Shown here: one piece after another, positions 25,970 to 39,499 of the stretch | How positions within the stretch are numbered: position 1 is the stretch's first letter | How the letters are laid out: every line of letters begins with the position of its first letter | Assembly: GCF_036321535.1 (NCBI RefSeq) | Contig: NC_087437.1 | Location: 16,866,001-16,930,000, forward strand | Origin: Camelus dromedarius | Lineage: Eukaryota | DNA: 64,000 nt | Direction of reading: 5' to 3' | Translations under genes and position numbers: made by a program | The notes under the pieces: model-generated | The model's database searches: none | Seen by the model: the letters and a program-made list of their open reading frames with translations, nothing else | Told to the model about the DNA's origin: nothing

Positions 25970-26250
25970 AACTATTACACGATTCCACTTCTTTGAGGTA
26001 CTTAGAATAGTCAGACTCATAAAGACTGGAAACATAATGGTGGCTGCCGTGGCCTGAGGGAGGGGATAATGGAGAGCTACTATTTAAAGGGTATAGAGTT
26101 TTAGTTTTCCAAGATAAAAAGAGTTATAAAGATGGATGGTGGTGATGGTTGCACAACAATGTGAATATATTTAATACCACTGAACTGTACACTTAAAAAT
26201 GGTTAAGATGGTAAATGTTATGTATACTTTTCACAATAAAAATTTTAAAG
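25970..26250 (+). mobile_element. L1M 3' UTR fragment
   Basis: gatggatggtggtgatggttgcacaacaatgtgaat...ccactgaactgtacacttaaaaatggttaagatgg. Confidence 0.85.
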
Positions 26251-26513
26251 CAACAACAAACTGCCTTATTACAGATGTTATACATCTGTAAACAAGTTAC
26301 AAACACAAACAAAAAAGGCCACCTGTAAACCTGCCTGTTAGCAATTTGCATGTCTTTACAGACCTCTACGTGTACAAAAATACATATACATTTTCTACCA
26401 AAATGAAATCCTGAATGCAATTCTATTTTGGAAACTGTTTTTGGAACCTATATTTTTTCACTTGACAATATGCCATAAGCATTTTACCCATTTTGTTAAA
26501 TCTTCTTCTACAG

Positions 26514-26695
26514 CAGTGGTTCTCAGATTATGGTCCCCGGCAGCATCAGCATCACCAAAGCACTTGTAGATGCAAATTCGTGCACACTACCCAAGACTCA
26601 CTGAATCTGAAACTCTGGAGGTGAGCCCAGGAAGCTGTGTTTTAACAGGCCTCCAGGTAATTCTAATGTACACAAAAGTGTGAGAGCCACTGCTC
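26514..26695. mobile_element. MER5A-like hAT MITE
   Basis: cagtggttctca...tgagagccactg inverted termini; cagcatcagcatcacc. Confidence 0.8.
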
Positions 26696-27089
26696 TACAA
26701 CATGACTTTTTAACAGCTGATGATATTCCATTGAATAGTAATACCACGATCTACTTAAGTATCCTGCTATTGTTGGACATTGAGGTCATTAATTTTTCAC
26801 TACTTAAATAACACTCCAGTGAATGTTGTTGCAGGTAAACTTTGGAGACATCCATAGGAGGGAAATAAACTGCTATTTTATTTTAGCCATTGTAGTTAGG
26901 GGTCCTTTTATACAGCATCTTAGCCTTTGCTCTAGTGTACCTTCTTTACCTCAGACTTACAGTTGACTTCTAGCCAGACCCTCTAATGTAAGTCTCCCAG
27001 ACCTATAATTTATCTTACTCAGTATTGACTTATTAAGCTAAGACTCTATTTGGCACAAATATCACCACCCTCCTCTGCTCAAGAACTAC

Positions 27090-27950
27090 TACTTTTTATT
27101 TATTCATGCATTCATTATGTAAGGTACTATGTTAAATATATTTCAGTCACTGTCCTAAGGGATAGAAGAAAAATAAAAATATGGACGCAGTCCTTGCTTT
27201 CATGTACTTTTACAGTACAGTTGGAGAGACTGACAAAACTGACGTTAATCAAACATTCACACAAATAAATATAAAATGACAAGTTTGATGATTACAAATG
27301 AAAAGAGATGGTATAAGAGACATGTAACAGAAGGATTTGATTTAGTTAAAGAAGTCAGGGAAGGTTTCTCTAAGGAAGTGTCAAACTAAAATTTGAGGAT
27401 GAGTAGACGTCAACTACTGAAAAGGAGAGATGACCTTCTACCCAGTGAAGGCAAAGACCCTGCAGAAGGAGAAACACGGTGATTTTGAGGAGTTGACAGA
27501 AGACCAGTTTGCCTGGAGCAGAGAGACTGGGGGGTTGGGACTAGATGAAATCATAGAGATTGGTAGGATCTAGGCTGTGCAGGGTCTTAAAAAACAATGT
27601 TAAGAATGTTTGTCTTTATCATATGGACATTGAGAAGCCGTTAAAGGATTTAAGGTTTGAGAGTGGCATCATCATGAAATAGTTGTTTAGATAGATTAAC
27701 AAACTAATTAATTCTGCCCTTAGACTTCTGCCCTTCCTCATTGATATTTTCCTCTGGGCAAATCACCAACGTTCAAGTCATAAGAAACTGCACCAAGAAG
27801 ACTGAGAATGAGTGGCCACTGATATAGGAGGAAAACTAGGAGTACGTTACATTAAAGAAGCCAAGAGAATTTTTCATGAAGGAGGAAGGAGAAAAGGAGA
27901 TCATTAGTATCCAAAGCTACCGAGAAGGTGGGTAAAATGTAGATTTAACA
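27090..27950. mobile_element. Degenerate L2 fragments
   Basis: tttattcatgcattcatt tail-like start; gaagtcagggaaggtttctctaaggaagtg. Confidence 0.55.
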
Positions 27951-28242
27951 TGTCCGTTGCTTTCCAGTGCCTACAGGACAGAGTCTGAATTTCCTACCAG
28001 TATTCAAGGCCCACAACAATTTTATCTTTACCTACCTTTCCATCATTTTCCCCCATGACATTGCTACAATGAGTCTTAAATAAGGTGCCCTTCAGATAAG
28101 TTGCCGTATTTATTTTATCTGGAACACATAGTACACTCTGCTTACCAGCATCGTTGGCTGTATATTCTGCCCATCACTACTTATCTAATTACTACCTATT
28201 TTCTAGGTCCTGACCTTATTCCATCTCCTCCATGGAGACTGC

Positions 28243-30288
28243 TGTGGAGGCCATTAGAATGTACCTTTCAGATCTCTGATTGCAGTAAATACAATTGACT
28301 GAGGGCACTATGCCCTCTGAAATTAATCACTGTTTGCACCAAGGCTCTGCTTCCTATAGGCTACACCCAGACAATAACTGAGCATGGCAGAGATACTAAG
28401 GCAGGCCCGTTCCTGGGAGATGCCAGACTCTTCTGACAGATGATTTTGAGAAATACCAAAAACCCTTGTCCAACTTTCCTTAGAACTGCGCTGGGATGTG
28501 AGATGCTTCCATCTAATCTTCCTCCCTTCATTCTTTCACTCAGGATCAGACTTGCATTGAAATCTGATGGCTCTCCTAGTCTCCCTTATCTGCCTCCCCC
28601 TTTTCTCTAATAGTCATTTCCTCTAATACAGCTCTTGCATGGTTAATCTTGTCTTGCATCATTTCTCGGGGACCTCGACTTACACAAGTGGTACCAGAAG
28701 TGGCCCAAGAAAACAGGTAGTAAGGAGGTTGGACTGGCTCATCTACTGCCCATCCAAAGAGGATACCAACCTGGTTTGCAGGTGGGGCAAAAGGTGGTAG
28801 CCCAACTGCTAAATGTTTTACTATTGTTAACCTGGGAACGTGGCCCAGTGGAAAGGAATGCTCTGGCAGATGTGATGATACAGGCATTAGACAAACACAG
28901 GAAGGAACAATTTTACAATAGTAAAATGGATAGTTACTACCAGGTTATATGATGCCTGCAGAGAAATTGTGGGAGACTGAGGGCATTAACAACAAGCAAT
29001 TTTTGGTTAAGTGAGAGAGCCATAGGCCTTTGGGATAGCTTAGAAAGAGACCTTTATCTCTATCAGGGGAAGGGAACACACAGCTGAGTGGCAGGATGAA
29101 GACATAATTGTTAGGGTAGCAGGGCTCTGGAGACATTAGAAAGCTCAGCCAAGGCAGGTCTGCAATGGCCTCCCAAGGGCACTGAAGTACTGGATAGAGA
29201 CAGGAAGTACAGTATAGAGTTTGGGTGGATGGTTGCTCTCCTTCAAGACACAATGTGTGAATGAAATCAGAGACCTCTATGTGGTGCTGTGTGCTCAACA
29301 GGAAGAATATATAGGTCTGGGAACCAAGAGATAGAAGCAGAAGTGACCCCCACTTACTATCCCGCCCAATGCCCCACTGAGGAATTTTGTACTTCCTGGA
29401 TTCACAACTCTTGATTCTAGGACAAGGAAGAACACATGTGAAAGCCAGGTGAGCCACTTGGGTGCCTCCTGGTACTCTCTGTTGCAGCCATGAATGGGCA
29501 GATGACAAAATCTGGCCTGAGAAAGGTATGATTCCCAATGGCTCAGATCCTTCCAGGATGAAAGTTTGGGTCACATCACCAGGTAAGTCACCAAGACCTA
29601 TCAAGGTGATCAGTGAGGATGAGGGAATTTGAGAATGGATGATGAGGGAGGGAGAGTACCAATTGTGGCTCTGAGATCAGCTGCAGCAACAGAGGCTATA
29701 GTCTGTGCCACTAAATGCCCTCTTCTGAGTCTCCTCTCAGGAAGAAAGTCCCACAGGAATAGGAAGGAACTGCTTCCTCTCAGGAAGAAAGTCCCACAGG
29801 AATAAGAAGGAACTGCTTCCCAAACCTGTGGGAAGAGATGGATCTGTGTGGGGCACTGGGTGGACTGTGATGACCTCTCACATCTCCAACTGCAAGGGCC
29901 CCAGCTACTGCTCTCTGAAATCCATGGCTGGATTTGCTCTGAGGCCACGCATCTTGCCGGCTGCTCCAGCCAGTGACTGAGTGTGGCAGAGAACATGAAG
30001 TGGAACATTCCTGGGAGATGTAGGACTCATTTGGCAGATGACTTTGTTCAAGGACTCCCTGATGGTCTTGCTCTCACCTGCTTTAAGATGCTTCCACTCA
30101 GCTGGCTTCCCGTGCTTCCCTCCCTCCTTCACTCAGGGTCAGATTTACCTTATATTCACAGTCTAGAGTCTCTCACAGACTCCCCCTGGCTCCCTCCCCA
30201 TTTTCCCTCACAGGCATTTACCCTCATACATTCTTACATGTTCAATCCTGCCCGGGTGTCAGCTTCTTGGAGGACCTGGACTGAACAC
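28243..30288 (+). mobile_element. Internally deleted ERVL-class provirus: LTR16-like 5' LTR (28243-~28685), internal remnant, 3' LTR (~29860-30288)
   Basis: Two related LTR segments (gttcctgggagatg..agactc; cactcagg.tcaga.tt; ga..acct.gact.a.aca ends) flank an internal part beginning agtggtaccagaagtgg. Confidence 0.65.
29733..29820. repeat. 43-bp tandem duplication, 1 mismatch
   Basis: cctctcaggaagaaagtcccacaggaata(g/a)gaaggaactgctt twice. Confidence 0.92.
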
Positions 30289-30744
30289 CTGTCCTAAGTC
30301 CCCAGCAGTCAGTGATAACTTCCTATTTTCAGCTTTTATAGCACTTGCCTCCACCACTCACCCTACACTTCCCAAAGAGCTACCTAGAAAACAAAATCTA
30401 TCTTTCCATGTCCACATCTTCTCAATTAGTTTAGAAGTCTCCTGGAAATAGTCACCATATTGTCACCCTTGCCAACCTTTGCACTTCACCGAGTGCCCTA
30501 TATATAGAAGGAATTCAGAGCAACAGTCATGGGAAAGAGGTTGTCAGGGATGCTGAGTTGTTCAGACAACCCTATATCCAAGGACTGATGTTTCCCCACT
30601 TACCTCAACTTCCTGGAATACTGTCTCTTTCCCCACTCTCCAGATCCCCTACTTGAAACAGCTCCCCATCTTCTCAGGGTGCCTTCATCTTCAGTTCCCT
30701 GCCTGCAATCCCCATACATTTTAACACAGACATTGACCCAGTAG

Positions 30745-31297
30745 AGGATATAGCATAGACAGCTATCAATCAAAATTTTGTGATCTCCCTCTTTCTGTAT
30801 TGTGGAGTTGTGGCTAGAAAGTGGCTGGCCAACCAGGGACTACATTGTCAAGTTTGCTCCTATCTCCAGGGCTAGCTGGGATCTTTAAGAGGCAGGACTC
30901 CTCGGGGGGAAGGTATAGCTCAACTGGTAGAGTGCATGCTTAGCATGCATGAAGTCCGGGGTTCAATCCCCAGTACTCCCTCTAAGAATAAGTAAATAAG
31001 TAAAACTAATTACCTCCTCCCACAAAAAAAAGAAGAAGAAGAAGAAGCAGGACTCCTCTTCCACTTGTCTCCTTAGCCATTCTCCAGTTGAACACAGAGG
31101 GCACTAGGGATGGTAAGGCCACAAGATGGAAGGAGCCTGGGTCCCTGAATCACCATGTGGAGGAAAGCTGCCCACCATGTGGAGGCACACCTACAATGGA
31201 TTGTTATATGAGTGAACAATAAGCTTCTATTATCTTAGGTCATTGAAATTTCGGGGGTTGGTTTGTTACAGTTGCTAGCATTATTCTAAATAATACA
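30745..31297 (+). mobile_element. MaLR LTR (MLT1H/I-like) interrupted by a SINE
   Basis: ggccacaagatggaaggagcctgggtccctgaatcaccatgtggagg...tttgttacag...taataca. Confidence 0.7.
30904..31041 (+). mobile_element. tRNA-Ala-derived SINE (long form)
   Basis: A box tagctcaactgg, B box ggttcaatccc; TSD aagaggcaggactcctc / aagaagcaggactcctc. Confidence 0.9.
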
Positions 31298-32214
31298 GAA
31301 ATCCTTTGTCCTTTTCTTGGCTACTCACCATCTTAACTCCCTTTTGTTTAGAGAGAGTCTCCCATTACGGGACTCTTGATGCCAAACGGGCTAGATGCTT
31401 CTCATGCTAGGGTGTGGGCATGTTACTTAGTCTCTTGACAATCTAACACATTCCTAATCGAGACTCAGTGTGGGAGTCCTACAAAGATACATGACAATAT
31501 AGAAACTTTTCACAGTAGTGGTATGGCCTCGGGAATCCAGGGGCAGTAGCAACAAGGTCTGACAACAGAGGTTTTTTTTTAGGTCAACGTCCTAGTCAGA
31601 CTGTTCTTGTGGCATGATCTTGGCTGTATTTCCCTGCTTTTAGATTCGCTTGCTTTTTGACTTTTTCTCATTTTCAGCCTCTTAACAATTCCTTCCTTGG
31701 AATTCTGGAGATCTTCTTCAGATCTTCAGAATCTGTTTCATCTACACTATCCTTCCTATCTATATTGGACTCTCCTTCCAAGATAGAGTCAAAGGGATTA
31801 CTATTCATTAAGTACCTAGTGCACACCCAGCACAGTGAAAAGCACTTTAAATGTGCTGTCATACTTAATTTAATCCTTCCATTTCTTCTGTAGGGGTAGT
31901 ATTACTATTGCTGTTAATAAGTGGGAAAATTGCCTCTCAAAGAGATGAATTGATTTTTTTTTTCAGCCACAGTGCTTGTGAGTCTTACTGGGAATTCAGT
32001 TTTGATGGCATCAAAGCATATTTTTCCATTGTACCAGAAACCCTTCATCAACTTCTAATTACTGCAGTGCTTCTTTCTAGGGCCTCTTCTAGTCTATGGC
32101 ATCTAATTCTGGAAATATGGAAAACCTCTATATTTGCTTAATCATTTCCTATATATAAAAGGGTTTGAAAAGACAATTCTCTTGTTGCAACTGTTTTTGA
32201 AGCTTTCAAACAGC

Positions 32215-32340
32215 ATGTGTTTTTATTTTCCTTTTTTGTTCTTCCCTTCCCCTTCCTCTCCTTTACTTTTTCTTCCCTTTTCTCTTATCCTCCCTTCCTC
32301 CCTTTGTCTCTCCCTTCCTTTCTTTCTTCTTTCCTCCTTG
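32215..32340. repeat. CT-rich low-complexity polypyrimidine tract
   Basis: Seen directly. Confidence 0.85.
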
Positions 32341-33466
32341 ACAAAATAACAGATCATCTGTGGTGGCAGATAGTGGCATCACTTCATTCAGCTCTTCTGC
32401 TGAATTTCCTTTGAATGTACTGCAGTCTAAGATACTTACTTCTTCCCAACCTTCCTTCCTTCTTTCTCTGATTCACTCAGGGTCACTCTTGCATCAATCA
32501 TAAAGTTGAATTTCAGAGTAGAGTTGCATTGGATGAACCATACCCTAATGGAAAGCGATTATCTTTATTACTTTTGATGTTTCCCAGTAAGTATGTCTCA
32601 AATGTCAACAGCACCCTTGGGAAAATATATAGGTTTCAAGCTGCCTGTAATGATGAAGCCAAGGGTCAAATGATTCCCTTTTCCTAGAGAAACTGGAGTA
32701 GGGAGAGATAAAGTTCATTCAGTGATTGAGTACCTCCCATGTATCAGGAACCACTGGGCACTAGAAACATAGAAACAAAAATTATAGAATCTTTACTTTA
32801 AACAAGCTTATAATCCAATGGAGAGTCATATATTAATAGTTAATTTTTCCCATTTCTAGATGTTAACTTTAATTGCTTTAGAACAGCATATTTCATACTA
32901 AATGCTTAAAACCACCCATTATGATAAAAATAATTGTGAAATTAGCATGGTTCATATAGTCTTTTAGAAGTACAGAAGGAATTATAAGAGAAAAAGAAAT
33001 TGGGAGGAGAAGCCACTAATTAAAAGAAACATTTCTTAATCTAGTACCACGACTCTTATCTTAGAATTTTCTAAGCAGTTGGAAAGGGTTAGAAAGGAGG
33101 AAGATGGGAGAAACAAAAGGATATTTCTTGTATCACAGCTGTATTTTAGCTTAAATGCAACCCAGTATTGAGAAATGGAAGGAATCATATAGACTCTTTT
33201 GGTTGAAATGGAACAGGGCACCCCCAAAGGTGGTAGAATCAGTATGCTCAGAAGGCAATACTGGAACTGTTCTTGTGAGATCAAGGGCTCTTTGAATTAA
33301 CGTCCTTTTTCATATCTTCTGCCATTCCAGGTGTACTCAGTATACCACAGTTCTGAACACATACATCCCAAACCCATTATCGGGTGTAAATATAGATAGA
33401 ATTAGAGTGTGACGTGAGTGGGAAGGGAAAAGTTAGCAAAACCTGAACAAGTAGTTTTCATAGCTG

Positions 33467-33540
33467 TTTTTTTTTAAACGGAAGTACTGAGTATTGAACC
33501 CGGGACCTTATGCACACTAAACATGCACTTTACCCCCACC
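33467..33540 (-). mobile_element. tRNA-Ala-derived SINE, degenerate
   Basis: gtactgagtattgaacccgggaccttatgcac; flanking repeat cctgaacaagta(g/a)tttt. Confidence 0.75.
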
Positions 33541-34369
33541 CCTGAACAAGTAATTTTAATGCAACTTACCAAGCAGGTACCACCACAGAATCAGGGACAA
33601 ACTACGGGAGCACAAAAGAAGAATGCAGTAATTTCGTGGGATGGAAATCATATCGGGTATTAGAAGGAAAAGAACTAAGGCCATCAGGAAAAGAAGAAGG
33701 TGAAGGGGGTGTTCTTGGAGAAAGTTAAGACTATCTAGTGGGTCAGGTGGAGAAGATAGGAGAAAGCCCCAAGCAACCTGTGGAGGAGAAAAAAGGGAGG
33801 GAATTGGCAGCCTGGGGGGCACATTTGTGCTTCACAGGGCTGAACAAGGCTGGAGATGGAGAGGTGGAAGTAGAGAAGGGACAGGTTGCTGAGCAGGGGA
33901 CCAGGGGAAAGGAGGAGCAAAGAGGTAGGAAGACAGAGAACCGGTTAGGGAAGAAGAATCACTAAGAATCATTAAACCTCTTGTGGTTGAGAAAGACAGG
34001 GACTTTTAGAGCAGAGGGGCCAGGGCAGCATGTTCAGTGGTGGCAGGAGCAACATATATGATTCCAGCCAGAACTTAGATTCCAAAGTTAAGTCTGTTAA
34101 TGAGACACTTTCTGCAACCCAGGTAAGCAGAGAAAGTGGAAGTCTCTCTTACTTGGATAGCACCAATAAAAGGTAGAAATTGATAAAAAGCTATAAATGA
34201 GGAACAAAAAGCTGATAGGAGTTTAGAAAAAGAAGATGTTACTTATAATGGGAAACTGTGGAAATGCTTTGTGGAAGAAATGACGTTTGAAACTGGATAC
34301 ATTTGATATGGACATGCAGAGACAGTGCTGAGAACAGCAAGGAATGGCAAGAATCTGCAGTTGACCTTG

Positions 34370-34835
34370 TGTAGTGTTGGGAATTATGTCCCCCCCAAAA
34401 TATATGTCCAGGCCCTAACCTCTGGCACCTGTGAATGTGACCTTATTTGGAAATAGACTCTTGCATATGTAATCCCATTAATAACCTCCAGATGGGGTCA
34501 TCTTGAATTTAGGGTGGGCTCTAAATCCAATGACTGGGTCCTCTAACAACAAAAGGGATGGGGGGATTACAGACAGGGAGAAGCCCATGTGAAGATGGAG
34601 ATGGAGATGGGAGATTAGAGTGATGCTGCCCCAACCCTAGGAACACCAGGAACCATCAGCAGCTGGAAGAGGCAAGAAAGGATTCTCCTCTAGAGCTTTT
34701 GAAGGGAGAATGTCCCTGCCAACACCTTGATTTTGGACTCTTGGCCTCCAGAACTGTGAGAAAATAAATTTCTGTTGTTTTAAGGCACTAATTTTATGGT
34801 AACTTGTTGCAGTAGCTCTAGGAAACTAATATACT
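34370..34835 (+). mobile_element. MaLR solo LTR (MLT1C-like)
   Basis: acctgtgaatgtgaccttatttggaaatag...ggcctccagaactgtgagaaaataaatttctgttgttttaag. Confidence 0.85.
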
Positions 34836-35288
34836 TGGTATGATTTCAGGGGACTTCTTCCAGCAACTGTGGGCACTCTGTGAGCAAAATGGGGGTGATC
34901 CAAAGGAAGTGGTGACCCAGGGTTGGGCCTTGGCTTGGTGATCTTGATGGAAAGGGGTCAAGAGAGGCCAGAGTGCTAGAGTGGGTAGAGTTCAGATAGT
35001 TACACTGAGGAATTAAAAGTTTATATTGAGGGCATGGACCAGATTCAGTAATGAAGAAAGGGTGTGGGACATGCAGCAGGAAAAGAGGTAGGGAGAACCT
35101 CCAGATTCCAGGTCCTGGAAGCGTAGCAATTTTTGATGATTCCAATGCCCAGCATGTGGGTGGGTGAAGTGGAGCAGGGTTGAAGGGTCTTGTTGTTGAG
35201 GAGGCTGAGGCGTTCTGAGGCCAGGGAGTCAGAGGACACCAGCTTGAAGGCTGAATGAACTCTCTTGAGAATGGTGGTGGAAGGCAGG

Positions 35289-37964
35289 TGTGATGGTTAA
35301 TTTTATGTGTCACCTGGACTAAGGTTAGGCTAAGGGATGCCCAGATAGCTGATAAACATTATTTCTGGGTGTGTCTGTAAGTGAGTCTCTAGAAGAGATT
35401 TGTATTTGATTCAGCATCTTGGGGAAAAGGATCATCTTCGGCAACAGGGGTGGGCACCTCTCAATCCACTGAGGGCCTAAATAGGATAAAAAGGCAGAGG
35501 AAGGCCAAATTCCCTGTCTGTGCTTGAGGTGAAACAACCATTTTCTACTGCTCTAGGACATCTGCATTCCTGATTCTATGCTTTTGGACTCAGATGGAGA
35601 CTTAACATCCTTAACTCTCCAGCCTCCATTCCTCAGACTTTTGGAATCAGATGGAATTGCACAACAGGCTTTCATGGTTCTCCAGCTTTCTTTCTTTTCT
35701 TTTTTAAAAATACGACCATATAGTCTTTAACATTCATTGTTTCATTTGTAAATATGCAATAAACTATGAATATTATAGAGGGCTTTCTTATTAAGTTGAG
35801 GTACAACTGACATAAAACATTATGTCAGTTTCAGGTGTACAACATAATGATTCTGTATTTATACATATATTGTGGAATGGTCACCACAAGTCTAGTTAAC
35901 ATACATCACCATACATAGCTACAAATTTTTTTCTTGTGATGAGAACTTTTAAGATCTACTCTCTTAGAAATTTTCAAATATGAAATACAGTATGATTAAC
36001 TATGGTCACCATATTGTATTATATCGCCATGACTTATTTATTACTGGAAATTTGTACCTTTTGACCTCGTTCACTCATTTTGACCCTCCATTCCACCTCT
36101 GGCAACCACCAATCTAAGCTGATTTTTTTTTTTAAGATTCCACATATAAATGAGATCATACAGTATTTGTTTTTCTCTGTCTGATCTATTTAAATTAGCA
36201 TAATGCCCTCAAGGTCCACCCATAATGTCACAAATGGCAAGATTTCATTCATTTTCATGGCTGAATAATATATATATATATAATTTATCCATTTATCCAT
36301 TGGTGGACACTTAGGCTGTTTCCACATCTTGGCTATTGTAAATAATGCTGCAATAAATGTGTTGTTACATATATCTTTTTGAATTAGTGTTTTCATTTTC
36401 TTCAGATAAATATCCAGAAGTGGAATTGCTAGATCATATAGCAGTTCTATTTTCAGTTTTTTGAGGAAACTCCATACTGTTTTCCATAGTGGTTGTACCA
36501 ATTCACATTCCCAACAAGAGTGTACAAGTATTACCCTTTCTCCACATCTGTGCCAACACTTGTTATTTTTTGTCTTTTGGATATTAGCCATTCTAGCAGA
36601 TGTGAAGTGGTAACTCATTGTGGTTTTTATTTACATTCCCCTGATGATGAGTAATGTTCACCTTCTCAGGTACATGTTGGGCATCTGAATGTCTTCTTTG
36701 GAAAAATTCCTCTTCAGATCTTCTGCTCACTTTTTATTTTTTATTTTTTTTGCTACCAAGTTGTATGAGTTCTTCATATATTTTGGATATTAACCTCTTA
36801 TCAGATGTATGATTTGCAAATATTTTCTCCCATTTGGTAGGTTGCCTTTTCATTTTGTCAGTGGTTTCCTTTGCTGTGTATAAGCTTTTTAGTGTGATGC
36901 AGTCCCACCTGTTTCTTTTTGCTTTTGCTGCCTTTGCATTTGGTGTCAAATGCAAAAAATCATCGCCAAGATCAACATCAAGGAGCTTACTGTGTCTGTT
37001 TTCTAAAAGGAGTATTATGGTTTCATTTCTTACATTCAGGTCTTTAATCCATTTTGAGTTAATTTTTGTGCATGGTGTAAGATAATGGTCTAGTTTCATT
37101 CTTTTTCATGTGGCTGTCCAGTTTCCCCAACACTATTGAGATTGTTCTTTCTTCATTGTATACTTTTGGCTCCTTTATTTAATTGGCCATATATGCATGG
37201 GTTTACTTCTTGGCTTCTGATTCTGTTCCATTGATCTTTGTGTCTGTTTTGGGGCCAATACTATACTGTTTTGATTACTATAGTTTAATAAAGTTTGAAA
37301 TTAGGAGAATGATGTCTCCAGCTATGTCCTTCTTTCTCAAGATTGCTTTGGTTATCTGGGGTCTTTTCGTGGTTCATGGTTTTGTTCTATTTCTGTGAAA
37401 AATGCCATGGGAATTTTGATGGAGATTGCACTGAATCTCTAGATTGCTTTAGGTAGCACAGACATTTTAACAATATTAAGTCTTCTAGTCTATGAGCATG
37501 GAATGTCTTACAATCTATTTGTGTATTCTTCAATTTCCTTCATTAATCTCTTATTATTTTCAATGTACAGGTCTTTCACCTCCTTGGTTAAATTTATTCC
37601 TAGGTATTTTATTCTTTTTGAGGCAATTGTGAATGAGATTGTTCCTTAATTTCACTTTCTGATAGTTTGCTATTAGCTTAAAGAAATGAAACAGATTTTG
37701 CAGATTGATTTTGTATCCTGCAATTAATAAATTCATTTATTAGTTCTAACGTCTTTTTGAACGTCTTTAGTGTTTTCTGTATGTAATATTTTATCTGCAA
37801 ATAATGACTCTTCCTTTTCAATTTGGATGCAGACAGCAGATACTGGGACTTCTCAGCCTCCATAACCATGTGACCCAATTCTTATAATTAATAAATCAAT
37901 ATCCTATCTATTTATCTATCCTGATCATTCTGTTTCTTTGGAGAACCCTAACCCTGACTAATAC
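35289..37964 (+). mobile_element. MLT2-type ERVL LTR split in two (35289-~35688 and ~37828-37964) by an L1 insertion
   Basis: tgtgatggttaattttatgtgtca start; resumes tgcagacagcagat...gggacttctcagcctccataa; ends ctgactaataca. Confidence 0.85.
35780..37827 (-). mobile_element. L1 ORF2 3' half plus 3' UTR, frameshifted
   Basis: ORF track MKLDHYLTPCTKINSKWIKDLNVR and [30 protein letters not shown] (L1 ORF2 C-terminal Cys-rich region). Confidence 0.95.
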
Positions 37965-38342
37965 AGCAGGGAAGAGGGAAAAAGTGAGCCTGACATGGAC
38001 ATCACAGGAGAAGGGAGAGGAGGTCAGGGAATGCTGGAAGGTGATACAACATATGGCAAAAACTTTGAAGGAAGAGGAGCTCAGCAAGGGTGGAAGAATA
38101 TCTGGAAATGCCTCTGGAAAAAAGGACAGGCCAATTCTGCTCATTTCCCACAGAGCCCAAGGAGACAGAAAAATTGAGGATTTTCCAAGATGGCTTGGAA
38201 AATATATGTGGTCTGAGGAAAACCAGGCTCCATGTCTTTATAACAATTTTAACTGGAATTTAAACCAGGGCTCTTGTGACCCAATCTCAACAGTCAAAGA
38301 AACACATTTCAGGGGGAAAAAAAGTGAATTTAAAGTACTGCA

Positions 38343-38474
38343 TTTTTTTTTTAGTTGTTTATTTTTGTTGGGGAGATAATTTGATTGACTGATTGACTGA
38401 TTGATTATGGAGGTATGGAGGATTGCTTATGCATGCTAGGCATGCACTCTACCACTGAGCTATACCCTCCTCCT
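38343..38474 (-). mobile_element. tRNA-Ala-derived SINE
   Basis: gcatgcactctaccactgagctataccctcc; TSD aaagtactg(c/t)attttt. Confidence 0.85.
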
Positions 38475-38492
38475 AAAAAGTACTGTATTTTT

Positions 38493-39399
38493 ATTTCTCC
38501 AGTGAAGACATACAAGTGGCCAATAGGCACATGAAAAAATGCTCAACATCGCTAATTATCAGAGAAATGCAAATAAAACTACAATGAGGTATCACCTCAC
38601 ACCAGTCAGAATGGCCATCATTCGAAAGTCCACAAATGACAAATGCTGGAGAGGCTGTGGAGAAAAGGGAACCCTCCTACAGAGTTGGAAGGAATGTACT
38701 TAGGTGCAGCCATTATGGAAAACAGTATGGAGATTCCTTAATAAACTAAAAATAGACTTACCATATGATCCAGCAATACCACCCCTGGGCATATATCCAG
38801 AAGAAATTCTAATTTGAAAAGATATATGCACCCCAATGTTCATAGCAGCATAATTTACAATAAAGCCAAGACATGGAAACAACCTAAATGTCCCTCAACA
38901 GATGACTGGATAAAGAAGATGTGGTATATTTATACGATGGAATACTATTCAGCCATAAAAAATAACAAAATAATGCCATTTGCAACAACATGGGTGGACC
39001 TGGAGAATGTCATTCTAAGTGCAGTAAGCCAGAAAGAGAAAGAAAAATACCATGTAATATCACTTATATGTGGAATCTTAAAAAATGACACAAATAAACT
39101 TATTTACAAAACAGAAACAAACTCAGACATAGAAAATAAACTTATGGTTACCAGCGGGGAAAGGTAAGGGTGGAGGGATAAATTGGGAGTTTGGATTTGC
39201 AGATACTAACTATTGTACATAAAATAGATATACAACAAGGTCCAACTGTATAGCACAGGGAACTATATTCAATATCTTGTAGTTACTTATAATGAAAAAG
39301 AATATGAAAAGGAATATATGTATGTACATGTATGACTGAAACATTATGCTTTACACCAGAAATTGACACATTGTAAACTGACTATACTTCAATAAAAAT
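38493..39399 (+). mobile_element. Relatively young 5'-truncated L1 3' end
   Basis: ORF track [31 protein letters not shown]; ends gtaaactgactatacttcaataaaa. Confidence 0.95.
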
Positions 39400-39499
39400 A
39401 AAGTATTGCATTTTTCCCTTAGGTTTTTTTAAATAAAACGCTAAGGGAGAAGTGCATTCATAATGCACAAGAAACATTTAAAAAATTGTCTTTCCCCAC

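Noticed and set aside
28945..29604. 219-aa minus-strand ORF
   Set aside because: Antisense to a decayed ERVL internal region; no recognisable protein motif
14717..29820. Direct repeats considered as CRISPR-like arrays
   Set aside because: Only two adjacent units each, no spacers, eukaryotic context
36190..37099. ORFs with reverse-transcriptase-family C-terminal similarity (also 38814, 60110, 61351)
   Set aside because: Broken L1 ORF2 remnants, not host genes
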